Source of the DNA: Octopus sinensis | Lineage: Eukaryota | Reading direction: 5' to 3' | Length of the DNA stretch: 64,000 nt | NCBI RefSeq assembly: GCF_006345805.1 | Contig: NC_043001.1 | Span: forward strand, 14,260,001-14,324,000 | In this document: one piece after another, positions 50,997-64,000 of the stretch | Numbering within the stretch: position 1 is the stretch's first letter | Layout of the letters: each line of letters starts with the position of its first letter | The notes under the pieces: generated by a model | Told to the model about the DNA's origin: nothing | Seen by the model: the letters and a program-made list of their open reading frames with translations, nothing else | Databases searched by the model: none | Position numbers and translations under genes: made by a program

Positions 50997-51395
50997 TAGG
51001 CGTAGGAGTGGCTGTGTGGTAAGTAGCTTGCTTACCAACCACATGGTTCCGGGTTCAGTCCCACTGCGTGACACCTTGGGCAAGTGTCTTCTACTATAGC
51101 CTCGAGCCGACCAAAGCTTTGTGAGTGGATTTGGTAGACGGAAACTGAAAGAAGCCCATCATATATATGTATGCATATATATATGTATGTGTTTGTGTGT
51201 CTGTGTTTGTCCCACCTACATTGCTTGACAACCGATGCTGGTGTGTTTACGTCCCCGTAACTTAGTGGTTTGGCAAAAGAGACCAATAGAATAAGTACTG
51301 GGCTTACAAAGAATAAGTCCTGAGGTCGATTTGCTCGACTAAAGGTGGTGCTCCAGCATGGCCGCAGTCAAATGACTGAAACAAATAAAAGAGAG
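50997..51395 (+). mobile_element. Family A SINE, full length
   Basis: Same consensus as 14046-14470. Confidence 0.9.
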
Positions 51396-51948
51396 TCCAT
51401 CAGTTCAACAGAAAAGACTGCTTATAAAATTAACCTGCAAGTGGCTGAGTGCTCTACAGACACATGTACCCTTAACAAAGTTCTCGAGGAAATTCAGGAT
51501 AACAAACAGTGTGACAAATCAAATTCTTTGAATTAAAGGTAGATCTCATTTTCGCCAGCTGAGTGGACTGGAGCACTGTGAATAAAAGTCTTGCTTAAGG
51601 ATACAATGTCCCACTGGGAATCAAATTCACAAACTGATGATTGTGAGTCAAATAACCTAACCACTAAACCATTCACTTCCACACGACAGATGTAAATACA
51701 AAGAATAAACACCATGTTTTGCATCCTGGTGTCTTTTCTTATTTCTTTACTGCCCACAAGGGGCCACACACAGAGGGGACAAACAAGGACAGACAGACGG
51801 ATTAAGTCGATTATATCGACCCTAGTGCATAACTGGTACTTATTTAATCGACCCTGAAAGGGATGAAAGGCAAAGTCGACCTCGGCGGAATTTGAACTCA
51901 GAACGTAGCAGCAGATGAAATACCACATTGCTGTGGTATTGTACTTAC

Positions 51949-52135
51949 CCGAAGAGTATTAACAAGGTCCATATTGGTATCAAGAGGAAGGTTTTCATTT
52001 TGTAGGCAAGTGAGTTCTTTAAAGATTTGATAAAGTTGAACCATTTTACGGAAGTGAATTAAGCTGGTGGAGACCCCATCAACTTTGTCAGCAAGGGCTG
52101 TATGAAGTGAAATCAAATCCTTTAAGTGAACCCCT
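51949..52135 (-). CDS. RASGRP: RasGRP exon (187 nt, phase 2/0): (L)GVHLKDLISLHTALADKVDG...LDTNMDLVNTLR
   Basis: cattttcag acceptor, CGG|gtaagt donor; TT+A completes Leu of the conserved PILGVHLKDL motif. Confidence 0.96.
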
Positions 52136-55100
52136 CTGAAAATGAAATACAGTTTATATTTAATGTAAGAGAATAATTTGGGTTGGAATTATACATTTAT
52201 AGACTGAAATAATGAAGTTGGTTATTAAGCAGGACAATTATGGCTGGAAACCTGGAAGCAAGCACAGCTGTCATCGCTATCATCATCATCATTTACATAT
52301 ATGCAAGCATGAACACACACACACACTACATGGTTGTCAAGTTATATAAAGGAATCAATGGGTGGGAGTCACATGGACTGCACTCAACAGATTAACATCT
52401 AAATCAGGAATTCATTCTTTATATAGAGATGAATAACAATTTTTTTCTAGAATGCTCTATCAAAATATTGGTTTCAAATTTTAGCACAAGGCCAGCAATT
52501 TCGAAGGGTAGGGCTAGTCTATTACATCAACCCCAGTACTAAACTGGTACTTATTTTAATGACCCTGAAAGGATAAAAGATAAAGTCAACCTCAGCGGAA
52601 TTTGAACTCAGAACGTAACGGCAGGCAAAATACCTATTTCTTTACTACCCACAAGAGGCTAAAGACAGAGTGGACAAACAAGGACAGACAAACGGATTAA
52701 GTCGATTATATTGACCCCAGTGTGTAACTGGTACTTAATTTATCGACCCCAAAAGGATGAAAGGCAAAGTTGACTTCGGCGGAATTTGAACTCAGAACGT
52801 GACGGCAGATGAAATACCGCTAAGCGTTTCACCTGGCGTGCTAACAATTTTGCCAGTTCACCACCTCATGTGTAATCAAAATATTACCAGAGATTAATCA
52901 TCATCATAATTTGATGTCCATGTTCCATGCTGGCATTGGTTGGACAGTTTGATATGATCCGATGGGCCTAAGAACTGCATTGCACTTCAGTATTTGCTTT
53001 GGTATGGTTTCTATGGCTGGATGCCCTTCCTAATGCCAACCACTTAACAGTGTGTACTGGGTGCTGGTTTCATACCACCAGCACTAGTAGGGTTGCCATA
53101 AATCTTACAAGACTATAAACCCTGACACGAGAGAGAGAGAGAACTTTATGCTAGGAGAATAAGGAATTGAGAGAAAGGGCTGGAGTAGAACAGGCTTTTT
53201 GCTGTAGGCAGCGAGCTGGCAGAAACATTAGCACATCGGGCAAAATGCTTAGCAGTATTTCGTCTGCCGCTACGTTCTGAGTTCAAATTCCACCAAGGTC
53301 GACTTTGCCTTTTATCCTTTTGAGGTCGATTAAATAAGTACCAGTTACGCACTGGGGTCGATATAATTGACTTAATCCCTTTGTCTGTCCTTGTTTGTCC
53401 CCTCTATGTTTAGCCCTTTGTGGGCAATAAAGAAATAAGAACAGGTTTCTTGCTGTGGGGGAGTGATACAAGTACCCACATTTTAGAAGAGAAGGTAGGG
53501 GGATGGGGCTGGAAAGTGATGACGAGAACCTTCAAGGTACAAAGTGGGTTGGAATGAGTGGAGCAGAGGGGCCAGAAGTGAGTGGAGGGGTAAGGGATGT
53601 CCAAAAGTGCAGGGCAACAGGCTAGAAATAATGATACAGTTAACAGGACAAAAGAGAGAAAACATGCCATTGGGTAGGTTGTAGGAGCAGATGGGGAAGA
53701 GAGAGAGGCAGGGACAGTGCATAAGGAGGGGGGTGAGATATATGATGGGGTGGGGAGAGATAATTTGGTGGCACAGCCGAGGGGAGGGGGTACTCAATGA
53801 AAATATGGATGGAGAGATCAGTAGTAATGGAAGAATAACGGAAAATAATTGAAGTGGCTTTGGGTCATAAGAAAACTGTTCTTAAGAAGCTTTCTTGGTG
53901 CCCCAGCTTGGTCTCAGCCTCTGGCTGAAACAAGTAAAAGATGAAAAATAAGAAAACGATAATTAAAAGCAAACAGCTTGACGAACTAGTAAAAGAGTTA
54001 ATTATGAAAAATAATTTTAAAATTTTGTTTTTTAAATCTTCCAAAATGTAAAAACTGTTTCATGACATTTAGAAGATAGCCATTGGTCAAATCCTTTCAT
54101 CACATGATGTAAAGCAACTTCAGACATCATCGCATCAAAGTAGAAAGGAAATAAGAGAGAGATGGAATTTTTCAAAGTAATGTTTTCCAGGCGGCGCAAA
54201 CGTCTAAGGAAGGATTTGAAGTAAGAAACATTGGGATGATTGTTAAGGAAGGAAGGAAAATAACATTTTTGGTTTTTGTTTTTTATTCTCAGGGGATAAA
54301 AATGATATTCGTTGTCATTGAAACGTTGGTGGTGAACAGTAATATTTAGCAGATGGTGCTTTATCATTCATCAACACCTACAGTACCACTACCACCATCA
54401 TCAACACCACCACCATCAACACCACCACTATCAGCAGCAGCAGCACTACCATCATCATCATCAGCATCATCATCATCCCCACCATCACAACCATCACCAT
54501 CACAACCATCACCATCATCATCATCACCATCATCATCATCAGCTCCACCACTACAACCATTATCATCACCATCATCATCATCATCATCATCACTTCCATC
54601 AACAACATCATGGTTACCAAAACCATCACCTCCAACACCACCATCACCACCACCACCACCACCATCACCACCATCATAGTCATCATCATCATCATCCTCA
54701 CCACCACCACCATCATAAAAACTACCACCACCACCAGCATCATTACTTCCACCACTACCACCACCATCACCTTCACAACCATCATCAATTTAGTCCCTAT
54801 TTATTTTATTTCCTTTATAAGTTAGTCAGGAAAGGACAGGCAAAAGCCATGCCCTTTGCAGGCCCTCTTAGAGGGGTGCAGCTGATGCAGCTAATACCCA
54901 GCCTAAACATCTGCAGGTGAAACTGTAGGTAAGTAGGGAACTAACAGACAGGCTCAGGGGCTTACAAAAAGAAGCCCTGCTAAAGGAAAAACAAAACACT
55001 CAATCAACCTATTGGTTGAGTTAAACCAGCTTTACAGAATGGATACACAGTGTATTGAACCAAGCGCCATCTGCTATGGGTGAACAGCATTTAAAATTGC

Positions 55101-56155
55101 TATCTGTGTATCATACTAAATGTATATACTTCACTGAAAGGCATGATGTTGTGGTTTTTCCCTGAGAGGAAATCTCTTCATATCTTCTTTATCTTTATCT
55201 TTTACTTTTGTTTCAGTCATTTGACTGCGGCCATGCTGGAGCACCACCTTTAGTCGAGTAAATCGACCCCGGGACTTATTCTTTGTAAACCCAGTACTTA
55301 TTCTATCGGTCTCTTTTTGCCGAACCGCTAAGTGACGGGGACAAAACACACCAGCATTGGTTGTCAAGCAATGCTAGGGAGACAAACACAGACACACAAA
55401 CACACATGCATACATATATATATACGTATATACGACAGGCTTCTTTCAGTTTCCGTCTACCAAATCCACTCACAAGGCATTGGTCGGCCCGGGGCTATAG
55501 CAGAAGACACTTGCCCAAGATGCCACGCAGTGGGACTGAACCCGGAACCATGTGGTTTGTTAGCAAGCTACTTACCACACAGCCACTCCTGCGCGTATAG
55601 AATTGTTATGTTAAAAATATGAAATAATGGTAAGAAATTCTCAAGGGAGCTGCATAGCAGACGGTCTTCAGAGAAGAAATCTGCCTGAGGCAAGTGTTTT
55701 AGCCCTTGATTTCTTACACTCTAAGGGGGTCGGGCCACATCCTGGTCATGACTCTTGTATGCCCCTCTACTGACACATTTTAGCCACTTGGATATCGGAG
55801 CCTTATGCATTTAAACTGCTTGGAGATTTCATCTAGTTGGAACTATAAAGTGATTGGCATTAGGAAAACCATCCAGTCGTAAAAACCATGCCAAGGCAGA
55901 CAACAGCACTTGGTGCAGTCCTCTGGCATGCCAGCTCTTGTCGAAACCATATAAACCTTGCCAGCATGGAAACCAAATGTTAAATTTTAAATGATGATGA
56001 TGATGATGATAATCATTAACAAAAGAAGAGAAGGAAAAAGAAAAGAATAACAATACATCGTTAAGGTACCACACCTATGAAAGTTTTAAAAAAATGAAAA
56101 AAAACATGACAAAAATAGTCTGCAATTAGTAAGAAAGAACAGTGTGTCCACTTAC

Positions 56156-56370
56156 AATATAGGTACTCGAAAACCCGTACACTGTAGATATTGGCGCCGG
56201 TAATTACTAAAATTGTTATTGGTAGACAATAATTCTGTCAATTCTATGAGGAGTTTCTGTGTATCTGAAGACAAACATGCATTGGTCTTGCTAAGTCGAG
56301 CCAAAGCACTGTGAGTTAGGCCACCAACCACAGCCATTAAAGTATTGAAATTCTGTAAATTTCGAAGTTT
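56156..56370 (-). CDS. RASGRP: RasGRP exon (215 nt, phase 0/2): KLRNLQNFNTLMAVVGGLTHSALARLSKT...YRRQYLQCTGFRVPI
   Basis: attttccag acceptor, TT|gtaagt donor; QNFNTLMAVVGGL is the CDC25 signature region. Confidence 0.97.
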
Positions 56371-56885
56371 CTGGAAAATAATTTGTAAAAATATAGATTA
56401 AAAAAATAATTTGGGAAAAAAAAAAAGGATTAAAATAAAGAGCAGTTTCAAATTTTAGCACAAGGATAATGGTTTTAGCGAGAGGGCGTTAGTTGATTAC
56501 ATCAACCCCAGTGCTTGACAGGTTTTTTTTAGCCTTGGTAGGATTTGAACTCAAAACATAAAGAATCGAAATTGTCACAAAGTGTGTGTGTGTGTGTGTG
56601 TGCACATACATGTGTGTCTATCTTTGTGTCAGTATTTGTCCCCTACCACTGCTTAGCAACCAGTGTTCATGTGTTTACATCCCCATAACTTAGCGGTTCA
56701 CCAGAAGAGACCAATAGTATATAAACAAGGCTTAAAATGCACATAAATATCGGGGTCAGTTCATTCAACGAAAAATTCTTCAAGGCAGTGCCCCAGCATG
56801 GCCACAGTCCAATGACTGAAGCAATTAAAAGATAGAAATTAGCATTACATTTGACAGAACAATCTGAATGCTAAAAGGTTTAAAC

Positions 56886-57715
56886 CAAGGCTGACCAACC
56901 TGAGGCTCAGGGGCCACATGCGGCCCACAGACTTTTATTTTACAGCCCACTTGATACTTTCTTGAAGTATTTAATTTCAAAATAAAATTATTTGTGTAAA
57001 ACATTTGTCTCAAAATAAATTTAAAATTTAAAAGTGGCAATAAAGCAACAGCCTACAATTTTATCAGTTTAAACAAACGAAAAGTATAAAAAATTCTTGA
57101 TTCTATAATTTGATTATTTGAATAAAGTACACAAGAGCAGGAGTGGCTGTGTGGTAAGTAGCTTGCATACAAACCACATGGTTCTGGGTTCAGTCCCACT
57201 ACAAAGCACCTTGGGCAAGTGTTTTCTACTATAGCCTCGGGCCGACCAAAGGCTTGTGAGTGGGTTTGGTAGACAGAAACTGAAAAAAGGCCGTCGTATA
57301 TATGTATATATTTATGTATGTGTGTGTATATGTTTGTGTGTCTGTGTTTGTCCCCCCAACATTGCTTGACAACCGATGCTGATGTTTTACATCCCCATAA
57401 CTTAGCAGTTCGGCAAAAGAGACTGATAGGCTCTTATCTTGCAACCCACTTGATACTCACTTGAAGTATTTGTGCTTAATTTCAAAATAAAATTGTTTGC
57501 GCAAGACATTTGTCTCAAAATAAATTTAAAATTTAAAAGTGGCAATAAAACAACAGCCTACAATTTTATCATTTTAAACGAACGCAAAGTATAAAAAATT
57601 CTTGATTCTGTAATCTGATTATTTGAACAATTATTGCATAAAGTACACAAGCAGCCCTTAAAAAACTTTCTGTGATTAAAGAGGCCTGCAATGTAATTCA
57701 AGTTCGTTAGGCCTG
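56886..57715. mobile_element. hAT-type MITE containing a family A SINE and an internal duplication
   Basis: Imperfect TIRs CAAGGCTGACCAACCTG / CAAGTTCGTTAGGCCTG; perfect 8-bp TSD GTTTAAAC at 56878-56885 and 57716-57723. Confidence 0.8.
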
Positions 57716-58187
57716 GTTTAAACCAATCATATTGATTCATTTTATTTCCACTGTTTTCCTTTTTCCCCAACTCTACTTCATCCATGTTGACTCTGTTACT
57801 CAACTTCTTTGATGTAAATCCCATAACCAGCCTAATCACACAATTAGCTGCTTCGTTTAGTACTAATTATTTCAGTATTAATTCATTTAAGTCCTTCTAA
57901 ATTATTCTAATCTTCTTTTAGTTGCTGCAGGTGGCTCTCCATGTTTCAGAGCCACAGAAAAGCACAGATTTTACGTTTGAACTAAATAAGAGGAGTTTAG
58001 TTTGAGTTGAGATGGCAGTGGACTTCCATACCGGCCGAAGAATAGTGAAGGCTTGCCAAGCCTTCTTGCTTCTTGTCGTGTGTCTGTGGAGTATTCAGCC
58101 ACTTACACATTAATTTCATGAGCAGGCTGTTCCATTGATTGGATCAACTGGAACCCTCGTCATCATAACTGACGAAGTGCCATAAAA

Positions 58188-58227
<40 letters not shown>

Positions 58228-58641
58228 ATGTATATGTGTGTATATGTATGTATGTGTGTGTGTATGTAAGGAAGCACTCCGTCGGTTATGACGATGTGGG
58301 TTCCGGTTGATCCGAATCAACGGAACAGCCTGCTCTTGAAATTGACGTGAACCCTTAACGTAGTTCTCGGGGATATTCAGCGTGACACAGAGAGTGACAA
58401 GGCCGGCCCCTTGAAATACAGGTACAACAGAAACAGGAAGTAAGAGTGAGAGAAAGCTGTGGTGAAAGAGTACAGCAGGGATCACCACCATCCCCTGCCG
58501 GAGCCCCGTGGAGCTTTAGGTGTTTTCGCTCAATAAACACTCACAACGCCCGGTCTGGGTATCGAAACCGCGATCTTCTGACCGCGAGTCCGCTGCCCTA
58601 ACCACTGGGCCATTGCGGCTCCACGTATGTATATATATATG

Positions 58642-58676
<35 letters not shown>

Positions 58677-58679
58677 ATG

Positions 58680-58799
<120 letters not shown>

Positions 58800-58870
58800 A
58801 AAATTTATTCAAAAATTTGTGTGTGATGGCTAATGATGCTTTCAATGGAAATATCAGGTGATATACCAAC

Positions 58871-58903
<33 letters not shown>

Positions 58904-59579
58904 ATGGGCTTCTTTCAGTTTCCATCTACCAAATCCACCCACAAGGCTTGGTACCATTGTTCTTCCATCAGACTGACAAGCGAAGGTGGTGGGGGAGGAC
59001 AACACACACACACACACACACACACACCACATATGACGGGCTCCTTCCACTTCCGGTCTTCCATATCTCCTCACAAGGCTTTGATTGGCCTGAAGCTATA
59101 ATAGAAGACACTTTGCCCAATGTGCCATGCAGTGGGACTGAACCTGGAACCATGTGGTTGGGAAGCAAGCTTCTTACCACACAGCCACTCCTGCACCTAT
59201 TACTCATCTTAGAATATTCATTTACATATTTCTATCTCCGTAATTCCCCCATATTGCCCATTCCTATCTCTGTGGCTTTTGTTATCTACTTTATGTTTCG
59301 CATCCAGGATTGGTGCTAAACAATGCCTCTCCTTCATAATTTACCTGGAATTTCTAAAACACTCCTTCATTATGCATTCAACTCACCTCGTTTGCAAAAT
59401 TGAATACACTCCATTGTTAATTCTAATGCTAATGACTGAGACAGCAAAAGACCATCCTATGTGTATACACACACACACACACACACACATACACATACAC
59501 ACAAGTATGATAGGTAGAGATAGATAAATACACATGAGTTTGAGCAAGAACCTATGTACATGTGTGTGTTTATACAAAA

Positions 59580-59613
<34 letters not shown>

Positions 59614-59683
59614 TGGCTAATGAAGCTTTTAATGGAAATATTAGGTGATATACCAACCCATCTTAGTTGCCATCTCTTATATC

Positions 59684-60283
59684 CTATTACTTTACTACCC
59701 ACAAGGGGCTAAACACAGAGAGGACAAACAAGGACAAACGGACTTAATCGATTATATCGACCCCAGTGCGTAACTGGTACTTAGTTTATCGACCCCGAAA
59801 GGATGAAAGGCAAAGTCGACCTCGGCGGAATTTGAACTCAGAGCGTAGCAGCAGACGAAATACCTATTTCTTTACTACCCACAAGGGGCTAAACACAGAG
59901 AGGACAAACAAGGACAGACAAACGGATTAAGTCGATTATATTGACCCCAGTGCGTAACTGGTACTTAATTTATCGACCCCGAAAGGATGACAGGCAAGGT
60001 CGACCTCAGCGGAATTTGAACTCAGAACACAGTGGCAGACAAAATACCTATTTCTTTACTACCCACAAGGGGCTAAACACAGAGAGGACAAACAAGAACA
60101 GACAAATGGATTAAGTCGATTACATAAACCCCAGTGCATAACTGGTATTTAATTTATCGACCCCTGAAAGGATGAAAGGCAAAGTCGACCTCGGCGGAAT
60201 TTGAACTCAGAACGTAGCGGCGGACAAAACACCACAAATCATTTCGCCTGACGTGATAACAATTCTGCCAGCTCACAGCCATT
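59684..60283 (-). mobile_element. Family B trimer; other copies at about 3358-3595, 51735-51925, 52480-52866 (-) and 53200-53440 (+)
   Basis: 23-bp TSD TCTTAGTTGCCATCTCTYATATC (59661-59683 / 60284-60306, one mismatch). Confidence 0.9.
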
Positions 60284-60626
60284 TCTTAGTTGCCATCTCT
60301 CATATCTCGGTGACTGTTATCAGCCTTTTGAAATAATTCACATTCGCTACCAATGCTTACAGCAGGTCTTGGAGGTAGGAACCAAAACCTATGTGGACTC
60401 CAGCCCATCACTCACCCCAAAAGGTTAAGCAAAGCACCACTACAAAGCTGAACACAACTGCTTGGAAGTGAATAGCATGCTACCCAACCTACTCTCAATC
60501 ATAGCTTGTCTAAAGGTATTGCCTTTATGTTGTTGTTCAAATCCTGTACCTGCAACCTATCATTAGGGTTTAGGAAGATCATTTGTACCTTTAAACCCAA
60601 TTTTTTCAGGAACAGCAATGCCTCTC

Positions 60627-60665
<39 letters not shown>

Positions 60666-61142
60666 TAAAAGATGGGCTACAGCAAATATTCTGCTCAATA
60701 CCACAGATTTGCTTATCAGTTGTTTGACCATAACCAGTTGACCATGTCCCTTGGTGGCTGATGATATGTGCATCTCTGATCATGAGCAGAAGTAGTGGGG
60801 GAGCATCATAGCCGTGTGTTGAGAGGGATTATTTGGGGTTTGAGTAATTCACCTCTGGAAACATGGGTGTTTCGTTCAACATCCTTAAACAACCCTTAAT
60901 CAGGGACCTTTTGAGTGGGATGGGTTACCCAACCAGAAGAAAATTTAACTGGGCCCCACCCGCAAGGTCATGCGCTGTTTATCTTGTTATGAGATCACCA
61001 TGTCGCGTACATATGGTTATGATGCATGTGCCTGGTGTACCCTTATCAGACGGGTAGTCCTGATGGGTATACTGGACTTCGTATATTTGTACCCCAGTGT
61101 CACTTTGATGGCATGCACTGCTCTCTCACTCAATAATAATAA

Positions 61143-61181
<39 letters not shown>

Positions 61182-61664
61182 TCCTTTCTACTAATGGTGC
61201 ATTCAGAATATGTAGTGCTGGATGTGTTGCTGTCATTTTTGTGGTTGGCATAGTGGGGATACGTTCTTTATTACTCTAAGTCTACCACAAGGATGACGAT
61301 ACTACCAAAATCAATAGTGAACAGGTCGCAGTCTCAAAACGATGAAAATATTTTGACAAATTAAATTTAAATGTTGAAGTGAATCTCACGGTTTTTGTGT
61401 GTTTTTAAATGGCTTATAAACACCTTCCACGTTGCAATTGTTGTTAATAATAATAATAATATTCAGACAAATACATAACAAAAACACCAGGACAAACAAA
61501 TATATATAACATACAGAAAATAGCACTACTAGGCACTGCACACATCCTACATAAAACACTTTCAATACTGTAAAAGCATGAGTACCACAACAAACCACAG
61601 CACATACGCAAGGGACACAGAGCTGAGCTCGGTAGTGCAGTGAAAGCACATGATAAAAATAATA

Positions 61665-62000
61665 ATTGTTTGGCATCCTTTCTGTCTCGGGAGACAATGG
61701 AGTTGCGCTTTTTTTTTTTTTTTTTTTTTTTTCTAGGTCTAGTCCGGCTGTTATATTTTATTTCCTGTTACATTTCTTGCTGTGGCTGTGTAGTCCTATC
61801 CTGGACAAACACTCCCTCTGGCAGGTCTGCAAATGTAGCGAAGACTGTTCCTGGCTGGTTGTAGTGCCATGGTCTCTTGTTTATGTCTCTCTTCCTTTCT
61901 TTCCATTTCTCCTCTCTCTTTCTGTCACTCCTCTGTATACCCTCTTTTACTGTACGTCGCCATTCTCCACGGTTGCCGGCGACTGCCTCCCAACCGAATA
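61665..62000 (-). mobile_element. RTE-BovB-type LINE 3' end
   Basis: [18 protein letters not shown]...; frameshifted zinc-finger remnant [19 protein letters not shown]; tail CCATTGTCTCCCGAGACAGAAAGGATGCCAAACAA. Confidence 0.8.
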
Positions 62001-62020
62001 ATAATAATAATAAATATAAT

Positions 62021-62063
<43 letters not shown>

Positions 62064-62112
62064 TAATAAAAATAGATAAGATAACATAGTAAAGAAATAG
62101 TAAGCATCTTAC

Positions 62113-62286
62113 TTGTGCCACATTAATAAATTTCACAATGACCTCTGCCCTTTGAGCTGGTGTTGTCCTGTTGAGGACCATGCACTGCACCCATTGGGAA
62201 AGTCCGTTGAATAGAGCTATGGATCGTTCTAATTTAGGATTCTCTTTGAGAGAGGCAGTTAAAGCATAATTTTTAAAGTCAGTGAA
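62113..62286 (-). CDS. RASGRP: RasGRP exon (174 nt, phase 0/0): [61 protein letters not shown]25 domain
   Basis: ttctttccag acceptor, CAA|gtaaga donor; sequence closely resembles the RasGRP catalytic domain. Confidence 0.96.
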
Positions 62287-62423
62287 CTGGAAAGAAAACA
62301 AAAGCAAAATGAATGTAAACAGTTTTCAGAGAATAGAAAAGGGTTTTAAGGTGTTTTGTTTGTTTGTATTTATGTATGTATGTCTGTGTGTATGATGTAT
62401 GTATACTGTCTTCAATCTCTGTA

Positions 62424-62454
<31 letters not shown>

Positions 62455-62497
62455 TATATGAGGGCTAGTAAAATAAATTACTTTGCCACATACTGAA

Positions 62498-62597
62498 NNN
62501 NNNNNNNNNNNNNNNNNNNNNNNNNNNNNNNNNNNNNNNNNNNNNNNNNNNNNNNNNNNNNNNNNNNNNNNNNNNNNNNNNNNNNNNNNNNNNNNNN
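62498..62597. other. Assembly gap (100 N), true size unknown
   Basis: Exactly 100 N, adjacent to a (GGT)n-rich tract. Confidence 0.99.
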
Positions 62598-64000
62598 GTG
62601 ATGACACGGTGGTGGTGGTGGTGGGTGGTGTGGTGGTGATGACGGTGGTTGGTGGTGGTGGTGGTGGTGGGTGCGGACGGTGGTGGGTTGTGGTGGTGGT
62701 GTGGTGTGGTGGTGATGACGGTGGTGGTGGTGGTGGTGGTGTGTGGTGATGACGGTGGTGGTGAAGAATATGAATAATTGAAAAATCCCAAAGAATATGA
62801 GTGGCAGTGGTGGTGGTGGTGGCGGTGGCGGTGGTGGGGGGGACGGATGGGGAGGGATACGGAGGTGTGGGGTGGGGGGTTGGAATGGTTGTTTTGTCTT
62901 TATTGCTTGTGTCATTTAGTCTTCTTTATTTTTTTTTACATTTTTTCTTTTTTCTTATTTTTAGGTGTGGAGGGGGGGGGACTCATGTGTGTGTGTGGAG
63001 GGGGTTGGGGACTCGTGTGTGTGTGTGGCGGTGGGGTGTGGTGTGTTTTGTTTCATAAAGAAACTATGCATTGCTAAAGAGGAAGAAAAGCAGATTCAAT
63101 TGTGAAGGAAAGAAAAACAAAAAAAAATAAAGATATAAAACATACCAAAAAATACAATAGAGGAGTGGAAAGAACTAGGTGGATAGGGGGAGGTCGTGTG
63201 TGATCAAGGGGTGGGGGAAAATATTTTTGATTTTATTTATTATTTTTTTTTTTTTGGTTTTGCTTTTCTCCCTCCCCTCCCTCCTTTCCATCCAACCATC
63301 CAACCATCCATCCACCTATGGAACATGAAAAGCAAAAAAATGTTAAATATTTCAAAAAAAAAAAAGAAATAGAAGGAAAAAATATATATATATATAAAAA
63401 AAAGGAAAAAATAACAACAACAAAAATTCAACTAAAAGAATGAAATTAACAAAAGAATGATAAAATAATAGAAATTTGAATAATTTCTTTCAAATATGAA
63501 AACAATAGGCGCAGGCATGGCTGTGCAGTTAAGAAACCCATTTTGAAACCATGTGATTCCAGGTTCAAGCCCAATGTGGGACACTTTGGATAAGTGTCTT
63601 CTACAAGGCTGACCAATACTTTGTGAATAAATTTGGTAGATGGAAACTGGAAGAAGCCTGTTCTATGTATATATATATATAAATATATATATATATGTAT
63701 ATCTTATTTTATCTCTTTTATTCATTTACTTGTTTCAGTCATTTGACTGTGCCCATACTGGAGCACCACTTTTAGCCTAACAAATCAACCCCAGGACTTA
63801 TTCTTTGTAAGCCTGGTACTTATTATATTAGTCTCTTTGGCCAAACCACTAAGTTACAGGGATGCAAACACAACAACATCGGTTGTCAAGCGATGATGGG
63901 GGGACAAGCACAGACACAAAGACACAAATATATACATATATAATATATATATACAAGAGGCTTCTTTCAGTTTCCTTCTACCAAATCCACTCACAAGGCT

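Noticed and set aside
59684-60283. Regularly spaced repeats as a CRISPR array
   Set aside because: Units are contiguous SINE copies with no unique spacers, no cas genes, and the DNA is eukaryotic.
62598-64000. Search for the next upstream RasGRP exon (HLTYLE-type motif)
   Set aside because: Only simple repeats and family A SINE pieces were found; the exon is outside the window or inside the N gap.

Overview
AT-rich, microsatellite-dense, SINE-saturated animal genomic DNA; the repeat complement looks like an octopus (coleoid cephalopod) genome, which is my inference and not a database result. One protein-coding gene is supported: the 3' part of a RasGRP / CalDAG-GEF (Ras guanyl-releasing protein) gene on the minus strand. 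I reconstructed 11 coding exons by hand (62286 down to 6817; 1512 nt = 503 aa + stop), all GT-AG and phase-consistent, encoding the CDC25 RasGEF domain, two EF-hands, a C1 domain and a C-terminal coiled coil. The N-terminal exons lie beyond base 64000 or in the N gap. Nearly all long ORFs in the supplied track are microsatellite or SINE artefacts. The introns hold at least five tRNA-headed SINE-like families, RTE, CR1 and R4/Dong LINE remnants, a dead mariner, a Helitron, hAT/piggyBac/Tigger-type MITEs and a U2 snRNA retrocopy lacking its branch-point-binding sequence. Most interesting: a small repeated element (3 loci) with a tRNA-like Pol III cassette flanked by inverted arms carrying a Penelope-type minimal hammerhead ribozyme motif. 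No copy in this window is fully intact; only the consensus is.
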